A stretch of 64,000 nt of DNA from an uncultured bacterium (GCA_963740635.1 CAVUEQ010000001.1:145026-209025); one strand, 5' to 3'. Shown: positions 52,357 to 62,356, numbered from the stretch's first letter. Notes: generated by a model not told the origin, from the letters alone. Program-made: numbers and translations.

Positions 52357-53517
52357 TTAAAAGTGGATAAAGCTGAGGCCGCCGGACGGGATGGTCATGG
52401 TGCTGAAGGTGCCTGGGGTGCCGTAGTTGTACTGGCTCACGAAGATGTTGCCGCCGCTCACAGCCTCCACGTACATGGCGTGGCCGTAGGGGCCGGCCAT
52501 GGAGATGGCGACGTCGCCGGCCCGGGGGCTGCCGTCGACCGGGATGCCGGACGAGCGGGCGTTACTGGGCCACTGGTTGGCGTTGCCGGCGCCGCCCCAG
52601 TAGGGCATGTGGCGGCCACTGGCGGCCACTTTGAAGGCTGTGTAACTGACACATTCACGGTTGTACATGCCCCAGGGGTCGACAACGGTGTCTTGGGCGG
52701 CGTTGCAGAGGTAGCCGGGGTAACCGCCGCCGCAAGCCGCGCCGCCCGAAAACTTGCTGCCGAAGCGCGCCAGCAGGATGGCCTGCTGCTGTGCCTTGAG
52801 GCTGGCAATTTGGCCGTTGCCCGCTTTCACCTGCTGGTCGGCGGCGGCGGCGTTTTGGGCGGCCAGCGCGGCCAGCTGGTTGGCCTCGGCCGTCATGGCG
52901 ACTAGCTGTTGCTGCTGGCCCTTTTGGTCGGCCAGAATCTGGCTGACCTGGGCCTGCTGGGTGGTGAGCTGCTGCTGAATCGCCTGGATTTCAGCCATGG
53001 CGTCCTGGATCTTGGACTTGATCTTGTCCTGGTGCTGTTGAGCATCGAGAAAGTCCGAGAAGTTGTGGCTACTGGCCAGCATTTCCAGCGGAGTGACGGT
53101 TGAGTCGAAGTACATCGTCTTGATGTTGGCCGCCAGCACCACTTTTTGCTGGTCGAGCTTGACCTGGTTGTCGGCGATGGCCGCGCTAATTTTGTTGTAC
53201 TTGGCTTGGTTTAGGTCGATTTGGCTCTGGAGGGCGGCGCTTTGGGCCCGGAGCTGGGCTACGCGGGTGGCGGCGTCGTTGGCCTGGGCGTGCAGGCTGG
53301 CGGCCTGGGCCTGCTGCGCGGCGACCTGGGCGCGGAGCGAGGAAATTTGATCGTCGAAAGAGTCGGCGGAGGCAATACCCGAAAATGATGACAGGACAAC
53401 CGCGAGACTGAGTATGGTCCCGAACTTTTTTGTTTTAAGGTTGTGATTCAGATTGAAACGAATGGTCTTGCCCCTCCAAGGTACGTTCATAGTAGGCCCA
53501 GGTATGGTATCTGTCAA
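52357..53517 (-). CDS. secreted coiled-coil plus CHAP-domain peptidoglycan hydrolase (PcsB-like)
   Basis: Signal or anchor (FGTILSLAVVLSSFSGIASA). About 230 aa are Q/A-rich heptad-like coiled coil. C-terminal CHAP: NRECVSYTAFKV (Cys) ... GHAMYVEAV (His). An alternative ATG start is at 53490. Confidence 0.8.
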   Translation of the reverse strand: MTDTIPGPTMNVPWRGKTIRFNLNHNLKTKKFGTILSLAVVLSSFSGIASADSFDDQISSLRAQVAAQQAQAASLHAQANDAATRVAQLRAQSAALQSQIDLNQAKYNKISAAIADNQVKLDQQKVVLAANIKTMYFDSTVTPLEMLASSHNFSDFLDAQQHQDKIKSKIQDAMAEIQAIQQQLTTQQAQVSQILADQKGQQQQLVAMTAEANQLAALAAQNAAAADQQVKAGNGQIASLKAQQQAILLARFGSKFSGGAACGGGYPGYLCNAAQDTVVDPWGMYNRECVSYTAFKVAASGRHMPYWGGAGNANQWPSNARSSGIPVDGSPRAGDVAISMAGPYGHAMYVEAVSGGNIFVSQYNYGTPGTFSTMTIPSGGLSFIHF

Positions 53518-53590
53518 ACTGGTTGTGCTATTGACGAGCTTCCAATTTCATTGGTTAACTTTCGCGAATATTCTGGAACTTCGACCAGCG

Positions 53591-54511
53591 TTAGAGCTTG
53601 AGGTAACGGCTCATGGCCAGTAGTGAGGAAAAAGCGCCGATGCAAATGCCGATCACAAGCTCGCCGATGATTACCAGTGCCGGGTAGTCGCGGAAGAATG
53701 CGATGGTTGATTTGACGTCGATGTAGCTTGATAGTTTTGGACCGGCGCCGAGCAGCAACGCATAGGTCAGCGAGGCCGCGATTACGGCCGCGACAATGCC
53801 ATAGAGGGCGGCCTCGAACACAAACGGCCCGCGGATAAACCATTTCGTGGCGCCAACAAGTTTCATGATTTCAATTTCTTCCTTGCGCGTGAAGATCGCC
53901 ATCCGGATGGTGTTGAAGATGATGAGAGTGGATATGATCACGAAGATAACACTGGCAATGAGGCCGGTGGATTTGAAGAAGTTGGAGATCTTGACGATGC
54001 GGTCGATAGTGACCTTGTTTTGGCCCGAGTAGCTGGGAGCGGCCTTGGGATCGGGGTCGAGATAGACTTTGTTGTCGGGCTGGTTGACGAGGTCGATGAT
54101 GGTGCTGAATTTCTTGGGATCGCGGGCTTGAACGTGGAGCTCCGGGTCGAGCGGGTTGCCGGTGATGTCCAGGCCCTTGATGAGGGTGGTGTCGTTGGCG
54201 TGGTCACGGCGGTATTGGGCCAATACCTCATCGCGGGATTTGTATGTCACCGATTCGACGTTGCTGTTGGCTTCGAGCTTGGACTTGAGGCTTTGTACTT
54301 GCGCCGGGGTAATGTCGGTTTTGAGATAAATTGAGATATCGATTTTGTCGGTGACGCCCTTGATGGTACTGGTGAGGGCGGAATTTGAAATGAACGACAC
54401 GATGATGATGGACAACGTGATCGTCATCACCGCGGTGGCGGCGGTGGACAGCCAGGCATTGCGCATGAAGTTGCGCGCGCCGGCGATGAGCACCCTCCAG
54501 AGCTGAATCAT
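53591..54511 (-). CDS. ftsX: cell division permease-like protein FtsX
   Basis: TM1, a large extracytoplasmic loop, then three TMs. MKLVGATKWFIRGPF signature. ATGA overlap with ftsE. Confidence 0.88.
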   Translation of the reverse strand: MIQLWRVLIAGARNFMRNAWLSTAATAVMTITLSIIIVSFISNSALTSTIKGVTDKIDISIYLKTDITPAQVQSLKSKLEANSNVESVTYKSRDEVLAQYRRDHANDTTLIKGLDITGNPLDPELHVQARDPKKFSTIIDLVNQPDNKVYLDPDPKAAPSYSGQNKVTIDRIVKISNFFKSTGLIASVIFVIISTLIIFNTIRMAIFTRKEEIEIMKLVGATKWFIRGPFVFEAALYGIVAAVIAASLTYALLLGAGPKLSSYIDVKSTIAFFRDYPALVIIGELVIGICIGAFSSLLAMSRYLKL

Positions 54512-55209
54512 TGCTTGCCGCCCTCCAGGGTGTAGCGGCCCTGCTCTTCGTCCTTGATGATGCGGCCGCGGTTGATGGTGATGACGCGGCGCTTGAGGGC
54601 GTTGACGATCTCTTTGTTGTGGGTGGTGAGCAGCACGGTGGTACCGAAACGGTTAATTTTGAGCAGCAGCTCGATGATTTCCCAGGCGTTTTTGGGGTCG
54701 AGGTTGCCGGTGGGCTCGTCGGCGATGAGGATTTTGGGCTGGCGGATGAGGGCGCGGGCGATGGCGACACGCTGGCGCTCGCCGCCGGAGAGTTCGGCGG
54801 GATAATTGTTGGACTTACTGGTGAGTCCCACGAGGGTGAGCATCTTGGGTACTGCGCGCTTGATCTCGCGGCCGCGGGCGCCGGAGACCTCGAGCGCGAA
54901 GGCCACGTTTTCGCTCACGCGGCGGCCGGGCAGTAGCTTGAAATCCTGGAACACCACGCCGATGCGGCGGCGCACCAGCGGCACGTCGCGGGGTGTGATG
55001 GTGTCGTAGTCGAGGCCGCCCACGATGATTTTGCCGGAGCTGTGGACCTCTTCGCGGGTGAGCAGTTTGATGAGCGTGGACTTCCCTGCCCCGCTGGAGC
55101 CGACGATGGTCACAAATTCTTTGGGCTGGATATGGAGGTTAAGGCCACTAAGTGCAACCATCTGATTCGGGTAGACTTTAGTGACTCGGTCGAAGAGAAT
55201 CATTTGCAT
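54508..55209 (-). CDS. ftsE: cell division ATP-binding protein FtsE
   Basis: Walker A GSSGAGKST, ABC signature LSGGERQR, Walker B ILIADEPT. Confidence 0.93.
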   Translation of the reverse strand: MQMILFDRVTKVYPNQMVALSGLNLHIQPKEFVTIVGSSGAGKSTLIKLLTREEVHSSGKIIVGGLDYDTITPRDVPLVRRRIGVVFQDFKLLPGRRVSENVAFALEVSGARGREIKRAVPKMLTLVGLTSKSNNYPAELSGGERQRVAIARALIRQPKILIADEPTGNLDPKNAWEIIELLLKINRFGTTVLLTTHNKEIVNALKRRVITINRGRIIKDEEQGRYTLEGGKQ

Positions 55210-55239
55210 TCAGTGTAACATGGTTGGTTTACATGAGAC

Positions 55240-55267
55240 GGTCCCGGTACAGCGCTGTACCGGGACC
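55240..55267 (-). terminator. perfect 28-bp palindrome/hairpin between the hydrolase gene and ftsE
   Basis: GGTCCCGGTACAGC|GCTGTACCGGGACC. Confidence 0.5.
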
Positions 55268-55276
55268 ATAAGCACC

Positions 55277-56206
55277 TCAACTGGGTGAGCCGAAGGACTG
55301 CCTTATTTCAGTCATCCAGTTTTCGATTACGGCTACCAATTCGTCTCGACACTCCCCTAGAACCGCGTGGCCTGGCGTTGATAGCATAGCGGTCCGGCTC
55401 TTTTTGTTTGGGAACGCTGCCAGCCATTTATCCAGGCAAGGCCGGACAAGTGTGTCGCCTGGTCTTTGAATGATCAGCGCGGGAGTTGGGAACTCCCCTG
55501 GCTTAAGCTGCGGGCCCTCCCGGAGAAGTGCCGCGGAGTTCGCGATATTGGCGGCCGGAATACTTCTAACCCTTTCGATTTCGCGCAGTGCGGTGACCGC
55601 GTCGAGTTTGCCCATCTCCCCAGAAGCGAATCTAGCCACAATTGCTTTCGCTTCGCGGTGGTTCATCCAGCGCCAAACGAGAACGCTGATCGGTCCGCCG
55701 GCAAGAAGATGAGTTGCCAGGTGGATCGTCCGGCTCGGCCAAATTACGTCATCCGGAGTTGCCGGACCCATCATCAAGATGATTCCCGGGACATGGGTGT
55801 CCCCCATCAGGAGCAATCTCAGGCAACGCACGGCTGTGTTTGTGCCCAGAGACAGCCCCACGGGGATGACCGGTCCGGGACCTCGAAGGTTCTTTTGCAT
55901 CTCGATGACGTATGAAAGCGCAAATGTCTGCGGCGTGTCTCTCACCAAGCCGCCGTTGAGTGTGTGCACGACCTCGCCCTGCGTGGTCAGGTAAGGCACG
56001 ATTGGGTCGAACTGCGTTTCATCGCCCTGCATTCCGTGAAATGTAGCGATTAGCAGATGCGAGTAGCGTTTTGGGTTGACAAAGCGGAACGACGGCAAGG
56101 CTTGCCTTGCCAGGCGCGGCTGGGTGTATTCCCCGACGAGTGCAGCGCTCACAAGCCCGGCCAATGAGATTGCTGGGCGGAGGATCGGTGCATAGGACAT
56201 GACCAA
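55277..56206 (-). CDS. alpha/beta-hydrolase-fold protein (309 aa)
   Basis: Nucleophile-elbow-like GLSLG and a late His (STPGHAV). N-terminal hydrophobic segment. Family not resolved. Confidence 0.5.
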   Translation of the reverse strand: MVMSYAPILRPAISLAGLVSAALVGEYTQPRLARQALPSFRFVNPKRYSHLLIATFHGMQGDETQFDPIVPYLTTQGEVVHTLNGGLVRDTPQTFALSYVIEMQKNLRGPGPVIPVGLSLGTNTAVRCLRLLLMGDTHVPGIILMMGPATPDDVIWPSRTIHLATHLLAGGPISVLVWRWMNHREAKAIVARFASGEMGKLDAVTALREIERVRSIPAANIANSAALLREGPQLKPGEFPTPALIIQRPGDTLVRPCLDKWLAAFPNKKSRTAMLSTPGHAVLGECRDELVAVIENWMTEIRQSFGSPS

Positions 56207-56320
56207 CCTCTCTCTCCCGGATCCGGGCTAGTTGTTTTATGAAGGTGCTACAAAGATTGTACCGCCTAAATGATTATTATTTGGTCAAATGCCCATGTAT
56301 AGCAGCGATTAGGTCACAGT

Positions 56321-57433
56321 TTAGTCGCCGGTGCCGATTTGGGCTTGTAGGTAGGCCTCGATGAAGAGGCTGAGGTCGCCGTCGAGCACGGCCTGGGCGT
56401 CGGCGGTTTCGGCGCCGGTGCGTACGTCTTTGACCTTAGTGTAGGGGTGGAGGACGTAATTGCGGATCTGGCTCCCCCATTCGGCGGCTTTGTCGCTGGC
56501 GCGCAGCTCGGTGAGGCTTTGTTTGTGCTCGGCCTCCATGAGGGCGGCCAGGCGGGATTTGAGCACCGCCATGGCTTTTTCGCGGTTCTGCAGCTGCGAG
56601 CGCTCGTTTTGGATGGCGACGACGGTGCCGGTGGGCAGGTGCGTGATGCGCACGGCGGAGTCGGTGGTGTTGACGCTCTGGCCGCCGTGGCCGCCCGAGC
56701 GGTAAACGTCGATGCGCAGGTCTTCGGGGGCGATTTCGAGCTCGGCCTGGGGCTCGATCTGCGGGAGGACTTCCACGAGGGCGAAGCTGGTTTGGCGGAG
56801 GTTGTCGGAGTTGAAGGGGCTCAGCCGCACCAGCCGGTGGACGCCGGCCTCGCCCTTGAGCTTGCCGTAGACATAGGGGCCGTTGACCTCGAAGGTGGTG
56901 CTCTTGAGGCCGGCCTCCTCGCCCGGGCTGGTGGATAGGATTTCGACCGCGAAGCCCTCATGCTCCGCCCAGCGCAGGTACATGCGCTGCAGCATCTGGG
57001 CCCAATCCTGGGCGTCGGTGCCGCCGGTGCCGGCGTGGATTTCGACGATGGCGGCGGCGCGGTCGTGCGGGCCCGATAGCTTGAGTTCAAACTGGCGGTG
57101 CTCGATGTCGGCGTGGGCGTGGGCGTACAACCCGCGGACCTGCTCGGTGGTGGATTCGTCGGCGCCGGATTGCTCAAGCCGGGCCAGCTCCAGCGCCTCA
57201 TCGACCTCGGTCTGCAGGCCGGTCCAGCCGGCAATGTGGCGGCTTAGCTCGGCGAGCCGGCGGCTGGTGGCCGCGGCGGCCTGGGAATCAGTCCAGAAAT
57301 CCGGGGCCTGGGTTTGGGCTTCCAACTCGCGGGCGCGCCGGATGTCGGCCCCGAGCCCGATTTTGGCTGTGGCCTGCCGGATGGCGGCGGACAACTCTTC
57401 AAGTTGGCGGATGAGTTCCTGCATGCTAGGCAT
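56321..57433 (-). CDS. prfB: peptide chain release factor 2 (uninterrupted frame)
   Basis: SPF tripeptide (VRLSPFNS) and GGQ (SGGHGGQSVNTT). A single 370-aa ORF. Confidence 0.93.
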   Translation of the reverse strand: MPSMQELIRQLEELSAAIRQATAKIGLGADIRRARELEAQTQAPDFWTDSQAAAATSRRLAELSRHIAGWTGLQTEVDEALELARLEQSGADESTTEQVRGLYAHAHADIEHRQFELKLSGPHDRAAAIVEIHAGTGGTDAQDWAQMLQRMYLRWAEHEGFAVEILSTSPGEEAGLKSTTFEVNGPYVYGKLKGEAGVHRLVRLSPFNSDNLRQTSFALVEVLPQIEPQAELEIAPEDLRIDVYRSGGHGGQSVNTTDSAVRITHLPTGTVVAIQNERSQLQNREKAMAVLKSRLAALMEAEHKQSLTELRASDKAAEWGSQIRNYVLHPYTKVKDVRTGAETADAQAVLDGDLSLFIEAYLQAQIGTGD

Positions 57434-57450
57434 TATAGCTTGCCCGCCGG

Positions 57451-59961
57451 TCAGTTGCTGAACGGGTTGGGAATTGGGCTGGGCGGGAGGTGTCTAAGTT
57501 GGCCCGGAGGCAGGTTGGGGATGACGATCGGCTGGGTGGTGGGCAACGGGATGTTTTCGGGCCCCGGGGTATTGCTGGGTGATGGCGACGGCTTGGGCGC
57601 ATAGCTGGCACATTTTTTGCCCGGCATGGAATCGCTCATGAAGAATTCGTTGTAGCCGGTGTCCCAAGGGTTGGCGAGTCCGCCGTCGGCGGCGCAGACC
57701 TTGGCCATCGTGATACCCGGCGGCACAGTGAAGCTGATGGACGGTTGGTCTGCCAGGGCTGCTTCCATGTAGTCGTGCCAGATGGGCGCCGCGCCGGTGA
57801 TACCGTCGACGTTGTACATGGGGGTGTGATCGTTGTTGCCGACCCAAACGGCCGTGACGAGCTGAGGGGTGTAGCCGACGGTCCAGTTGTCGCGGAAGTC
57901 GTTGGTGGTACCGGTTTTGGCGGCGACCGGCCGGCCGCCAAGCGTGAGCGGGCCGTTGGCCGGGAATTCGGGCTGGCGGGCGCTGTCGTCGGACAGGATG
58001 TTGGTGATCATATAGGCGATGCGCGGGTCGAGCACGGCTTTCGGGGCGGCCGCGGGCTTGGTGACGTCGGCGCCGGAGCGGCTGGTGACCTGCAGGATAG
58101 AGCGGGGCTCCACGCGGACGCCGCCGTTGGCGAAGGTGCCGTAGACGGTTGCCATATCGATGGGGCGCACTTCCCCGCCGCCCAGCACCAGGCTGAGGCC
58201 GTAACGGCTGGGCTCGTTGAGGGTAGTGATACCCAGGTCGTGGGCGGTCTGGAGGGTATCGGGGAGGCCGGCAAACTGCAGCACTTTGACCGCCGGGACG
58301 TTGAGCGAGTTGTCGAGGGCGTGGCGCAGCGTGATGGTGCCGTGGAAGCGCAGGTCGTAGTTTTGGGGGGCGTAAATGGTGCCGTCGCCGCCGGGGAAGG
58401 CTACGGGCGCATCCAGGATGGTGGTGGCGCCGGTCCAGCCTTTTTTGAAGGCGGTGGCATAGGCGATGGGCTTGAAGCTGGACCCGGGCTGGAGATCGGA
58501 CAGGGTGACGTTGACGTTGCCAAAACCGGGGGCGTTGTAGTCGGCACTGCCCACCATGGCCACAATGTCGCCGGTTTTGGGTTCGATGGAGATGAGGCCG
58601 CCGTTGGTGACGTGGTGGTCGCTCAAACGGTTAATCTGGGCCGACACGGTGCTCTCGGCCAGCTGTTGCTTGCTGAGGTCGAGCGTGGTGCGGACGGTAA
58701 TGCCGCCGTTTTCGACCATGTCTTCGCCGTATTGACTGCGGAGTTGGTCGAGCACGTAGAACACGAAGTGCGGCGCACGGATGGTGATGGTTTTGGGATA
58801 AACCACCATCGCGTTCGGGGTGGCCTCGGCAGGAGTGCCAGCTAGCACTATGGGCTGGGCCTTGGCGGCTTTGGCCTGAGCCTGGGTGATTTTCCCAATG
58901 TCGGCCATGCGGCTGAGGACATAATCCCGCCGCCCCGTGGCGCTGGCGATATCAAAGTTGGGGTCGAAGCGGGTGGGGCCGAGCGGCAGTCCGGCTAGCA
59001 ATGCGGACTCCCCGAGGGTTAATTGCCCGAACGGCTTGTGGAAGTAAGTTGCACTCGCCGCCGCGACGCCCGATGAGCCCTCGCCGTAGAAGGTTTCATT
59101 GAGGTACATCTGGAAAATCTGGTCTTTGGTGTAGCGGTGTTCGAGCTCGACCGAAAGCAGGATCTCCTGGTATTTGCGCTGGAAATTTTTGTCGGAAGTG
59201 AGGAGGGCATTTTTAATGAGCTGTTGAGTGAGGGTGGAGCCGCCTTCGGCGGTGTTTTGGTGGGTAATGTCGTTGATGGCGGCCCGGGCGGTCCCGCGCA
59301 ACGAGAAGCCCTGATGGTCGTAAAAACCCGGGTCTTCGGCTGCTAGGGTGGCATTGCGCAGAGTCATGGGGACGTCTTTTAAGTCAACCAGTTGGGTGTC
59401 CTGAGCGCCGTAACCCTCGAACAACACTTGGCCGTTGCGGTCGAGAATGGTGGTGCCGGTTTTCTTCTTGGCGAGAATTGAGGCGGGGCTGGAGATATCG
59501 GCGGCGTAGTTGTGCAGGGTGGTGGTGGCGGTGACGCCGGTAACCACGACCAGGGCCAGGCCGGCGCCGGCGGCTGTCATGAGATAGAGGCTGCGGGCCT
59601 GGGGGCTGCGCAGCCGGTGTCCGATGCGGTCGGCGTAAATTGCGGCGTCGGTGGCCATGGCCGGCGTGTAATGCAGGGTAGCGCTGCCGGCGTAGCGGGC
59701 GGCCATGAGGCCAGACCAGGCCCAGTCCGCCATGGCCCGCGTAGCGGCCAGCCCGGCTTGCCGGATTTGTGACGCGATGAGGCGCCAAGCCGGCCCAGCA
59801 AGTTGGCGGGCCGCCTGCCAGGCTTCGGTGAGAGTTTGGCCGGCTACCTTCAGCGTGCTTGGGACATCGCCGACTCCGGCTGTGGGCACGAACGCCGCCG
59901 GGATGGCTTCGTAGAAGTCATTGCGCTGGGGTTTGCGGTTTTTGCGTTTAGGTTTCGCCAT
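57451..59961 (-). CDS. class A (bifunctional) penicillin-binding protein
   Basis: GT51 motifs AAEDPGFYDHQGF and RKYQE. Transpeptidase motifs GSSFKP, NSLNVPA and KTGTTND. Long N-terminal cytoplasmic extension and a Pro-rich C-tail. Confidence 0.9.
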   Translation of the reverse strand: MAKPKRKNRKPQRNDFYEAIPAAFVPTAGVGDVPSTLKVAGQTLTEAWQAARQLAGPAWRLIASQIRQAGLAATRAMADWAWSGLMAARYAGSATLHYTPAMATDAAIYADRIGHRLRSPQARSLYLMTAAGAGLALVVVTGVTATTTLHNYAADISSPASILAKKKTGTTILDRNGQVLFEGYGAQDTQLVDLKDVPMTLRNATLAAEDPGFYDHQGFSLRGTARAAINDITHQNTAEGGSTLTQQLIKNALLTSDKNFQRKYQEILLSVELEHRYTKDQIFQMYLNETFYGEGSSGVAAASATYFHKPFGQLTLGESALLAGLPLGPTRFDPNFDIASATGRRDYVLSRMADIGKITQAQAKAAKAQPIVLAGTPAEATPNAMVVYPKTITIRAPHFVFYVLDQLRSQYGEDMVENGGITVRTTLDLSKQQLAESTVSAQINRLSDHHVTNGGLISIEPKTGDIVAMVGSADYNAPGFGNVNVTLSDLQPGSSFKPIAYATAFKKGWTGATTILDAPVAFPGGDGTIYAPQNYDLRFHGTITLRHALDNSLNVPAVKVLQFAGLPDTLQTAHDLGITTLNEPSRYGLSLVLGGGEVRPIDMATVYGTFANGGVRVEPRSILQVTSRSGADVTKPAAAPKAVLDPRIAYMITNILSDDSARQPEFPANGPLTLGGRPVAAKTGTTNDFRDNWTVGYTPQLVTAVWVGNNDHTPMYNVDGITGAAPIWHDYMEAALADQPSISFTVPPGITMAKVCAADGGLANPWDTGYNEFFMSDSMPGKKCASYAPKPSPSPSNTPGPENIPLPTTQPIVIPNLPPGQLRHLPPSPIPNPFSN

Positions 59962-60031
59962 GCCGAAACAGGCCCACGTTAGTTGTAATATTAGACAAAT
60001 ATCGTAACTAGTATTGGGAGATATTACAAGA

Positions 60032-62356
60032 TTACGATTTTACAATGCGCCGGCGGCGGGATTTGGCCGGGGCGGCGTCGAGCATGGCCTTGGCTTGATC
60101 AATTTCGATGCCTGCCGGGTCGGTGCCTTTGGGAATTTTGGCATTTTTCTTGCCGTCGGTGACGTAGGGGCCGAAACGGCCGTTGAGAATCACAATGGTG
60201 GTGCCGTCGAAGGCCTTGATGCGTTTGGCGGCGTCGGCGGCGGCTTTTTCGGCTATGAGTCGGCGGGCGCGGTCGAGGGTGATGGTGAAGGGGTCGTCGG
60301 GCTTGATGGAGACGTAGCTGCTGCCCCATTTGGCATAAGGACCAAAGCGGCCGAAATTTACGCCGATGTCGACGCCCTCCGCGGTTTGGCCGATGATGCG
60401 CGGCAGCCGGAAGAGCTCCAGGGCTTCGTCGAGGGTGACTTCGTCGAGGCGGCGGCCCGAAGGCAGTGGGGCGAACTTGGGCTTCACCTCTTTACCATCC
60501 TTGTCTTTGTCTTCGGCCTCGCCGAGCTGCAGCATGGGGCCGTAGCGGCCGAGCCGGGCGATGATGGGCTTGCCGGTTTTGGGGTCGGCGCCGAGCTCAC
60601 GGGCGCCGGCGGCTTCTAGCCGGGTGATGGAATCGGCGGCCTCGATGGTCTGGTGGAAGGGGCCGTAGAATTCGGCGATCATTTTGTTCCAGGCTTGCTT
60701 GCCGTCTTCGATGTCGTCGAACTCTTCTTCGACCCGGCGGGTGAAGTCGTAGTCGACAATGCCGGCGAAATGGGCCACCAGGAAGTCGCTCACCAGCATG
60801 CCGACCGACGTGGGCAGGAGTTTGTTGCGGTCGGCGCCGTAGGTTTCGGCGGTGTCGGTGGCGGTAACGGTGCCGTTTGCGAGCTCGAATTTCTTCACCG
60901 GACGGTCACGGCCCTCAAGGTCGCCCTTAATAATGTATTCGCGGTCCTGGATGGTGGAAATGGTGGGAGCGTAGGTCGAGGGCCGGCCAATGCCCATTTC
61001 TTCCAGGTTTTTAACCAGGCTGGCCTCGGTGTAGCGGGGCTTGGGGCGGTCATACACCTGCACGGCCTGCATGGAGTGCAGACCGAGCTCCTGGCCGGCC
61101 TCAAGCGGGGGCAGTATCCCCTGCTCTTCCGGGGTTTCGTCGGAGTCGTGGGCCAGATAGAGTTTGAGGAAACCGTCGAATTTCACAACCTCGCCCTTGG
61201 CTGTGAGGGTCTCGGGCCGGGTAGAGACGGCGACAATGGCGGTGGTGCGCTCCAGAATGGCGTCGGCCATCTGGGAAGCCACGGCGCGCTTCCAGATGAG
61301 GTCGTAGAGCTTCACCTCACCGGATTCGCCGGTGATCGCATCGCGCATGAAATCCGACGGCCGGATGGCCTCGTGGGCCTCCTGGGCGCCGGCCGTTTTG
61401 GTGGTGTATTGGCGTTTCATATAATACTGTTTGCCAAATTTGTCTTTTATGGCAGCGGCCGCGCCGTCGATGGCTTGGTCCGAAAGGTGGACCGAGTCGG
61501 TGCGCATGTAGGTAATGCGGCCGGCCTCGTACAGCCGCTGGGCCAGCACCATGGTTTGCTTCACGCTGAAGCCTAATTTGCGGGCGGCTTCCTGCTGGAG
61601 CGTGGAGGTGGTGAACGGTGCGGCCGGCTTGCGCTCACCGGGCTTGGTCTCGACGCCGGCAATGCTGAATTTCGCGGGGATGGCGTCCTCGAGGAATTTG
61701 CGAGCTTCCTCGGGGGTTTTGAAGCGGGTGGGCAGCTCGGCCATAAATTGGTTGCCGTCGGCGTCGAACTCGCCGGTAACCCTAAACGCGAAGCCGGTGG
61801 TGAAGTTTTCGATTTCGCGTTCGCGCTCCACTATCAGGCGTACGGCCACGCTCTGCACCCGGCCGGCGCTCAACCCGCCTTGCACCTTTTTCCACAGCAC
61901 CGGCGAGAGTTCGTAGCCCACCAGCCGGTCGAGCACCCGGCGGGCCTGCTGGGCGTCTACCAGGTGCTGGTCGACGGTGCGTGGGTTGGCGATGGCCCGC
62001 TCTATGGCCGGCTTGGTGATTTCGTGAAATACGATGCGCTTGGTGACCTTGGGGTCGAGGCCGAGCGCCACGCACAGGTGCCAACTAATGGCCTCCCCTT
62101 CGCGGTCTTCATCGGAGGCCAGCCAGACGGTGTCGGCGGTTTTCGCTAATTTCTTAAGCTCGTTTACGCGCTTGCGTTTGTCGGGACTGATCTCGTAGGT
62201 GGGCGTGAAATCATGCTCGATGTCGATCGACATGCCCGATTTGGGCAGGTCGCGAATGTGGCCATACGAAGCCTCAACCTGGTAATCTTTGCCCAGGAAT
62301 TGGGCGATGGTCTTGCCCTTGGCGGGGCTCTCAACGATGACGAGATTTTTGCTCAT
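60032..62356 (-). CDS. topA: DNA topoisomerase I
   Basis: Toprim N-terminus LVIVESPAKGKTI. Catalytic Tyr region GRITYMRTDSVHLS. Repeated C-terminal GRFGPY/GRYGPM modules and a basic tail. Confidence 0.95.
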   Translation of the reverse strand: MSKNLVIVESPAKGKTIAQFLGKDYQVEASYGHIRDLPKSGMSIDIEHDFTPTYEISPDKRKRVNELKKLAKTADTVWLASDEDREGEAISWHLCVALGLDPKVTKRIVFHEITKPAIERAIANPRTVDQHLVDAQQARRVLDRLVGYELSPVLWKKVQGGLSAGRVQSVAVRLIVEREREIENFTTGFAFRVTGEFDADGNQFMAELPTRFKTPEEARKFLEDAIPAKFSIAGVETKPGERKPAAPFTTSTLQQEAARKLGFSVKQTMVLAQRLYEAGRITYMRTDSVHLSDQAIDGAAAAIKDKFGKQYYMKRQYTTKTAGAQEAHEAIRPSDFMRDAITGESGEVKLYDLIWKRAVASQMADAILERTTAIVAVSTRPETLTAKGEVVKFDGFLKLYLAHDSDETPEEQGILPPLEAGQELGLHSMQAVQVYDRPKPRYTEASLVKNLEEMGIGRPSTYAPTISTIQDREYIIKGDLEGRDRPVKKFELANGTVTATDTAETYGADRNKLLPTSVGMLVSDFLVAHFAGIVDYDFTRRVEEEFDDIEDGKQAWNKMIAEFYGPFHQTIEAADSITRLEAAGARELGADPKTGKPIIARLGRYGPMLQLGEAEDKDKDGKEVKPKFAPLPSGRRLDEVTLDEALELFRLPRIIGQTAEGVDIGVNFGRFGPYAKWGSSYVSIKPDDPFTITLDRARRLIAEKAAADAAKRIKAFDGTTIVILNGRFGPYVTDGKKNAKIPKGTDPAGIEIDQAKAMLDAAPAKSRRRRIVKS

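Noticed and set aside
56321-57433. Programmed +1 frameshift in prfB
   Set aside because: The RF2 frame is continuous for 370 codons, with no in-frame UGA near codon 25. This is a frameshift-independent prfB, and its presence argues that UGA is a stop codon in this genome.
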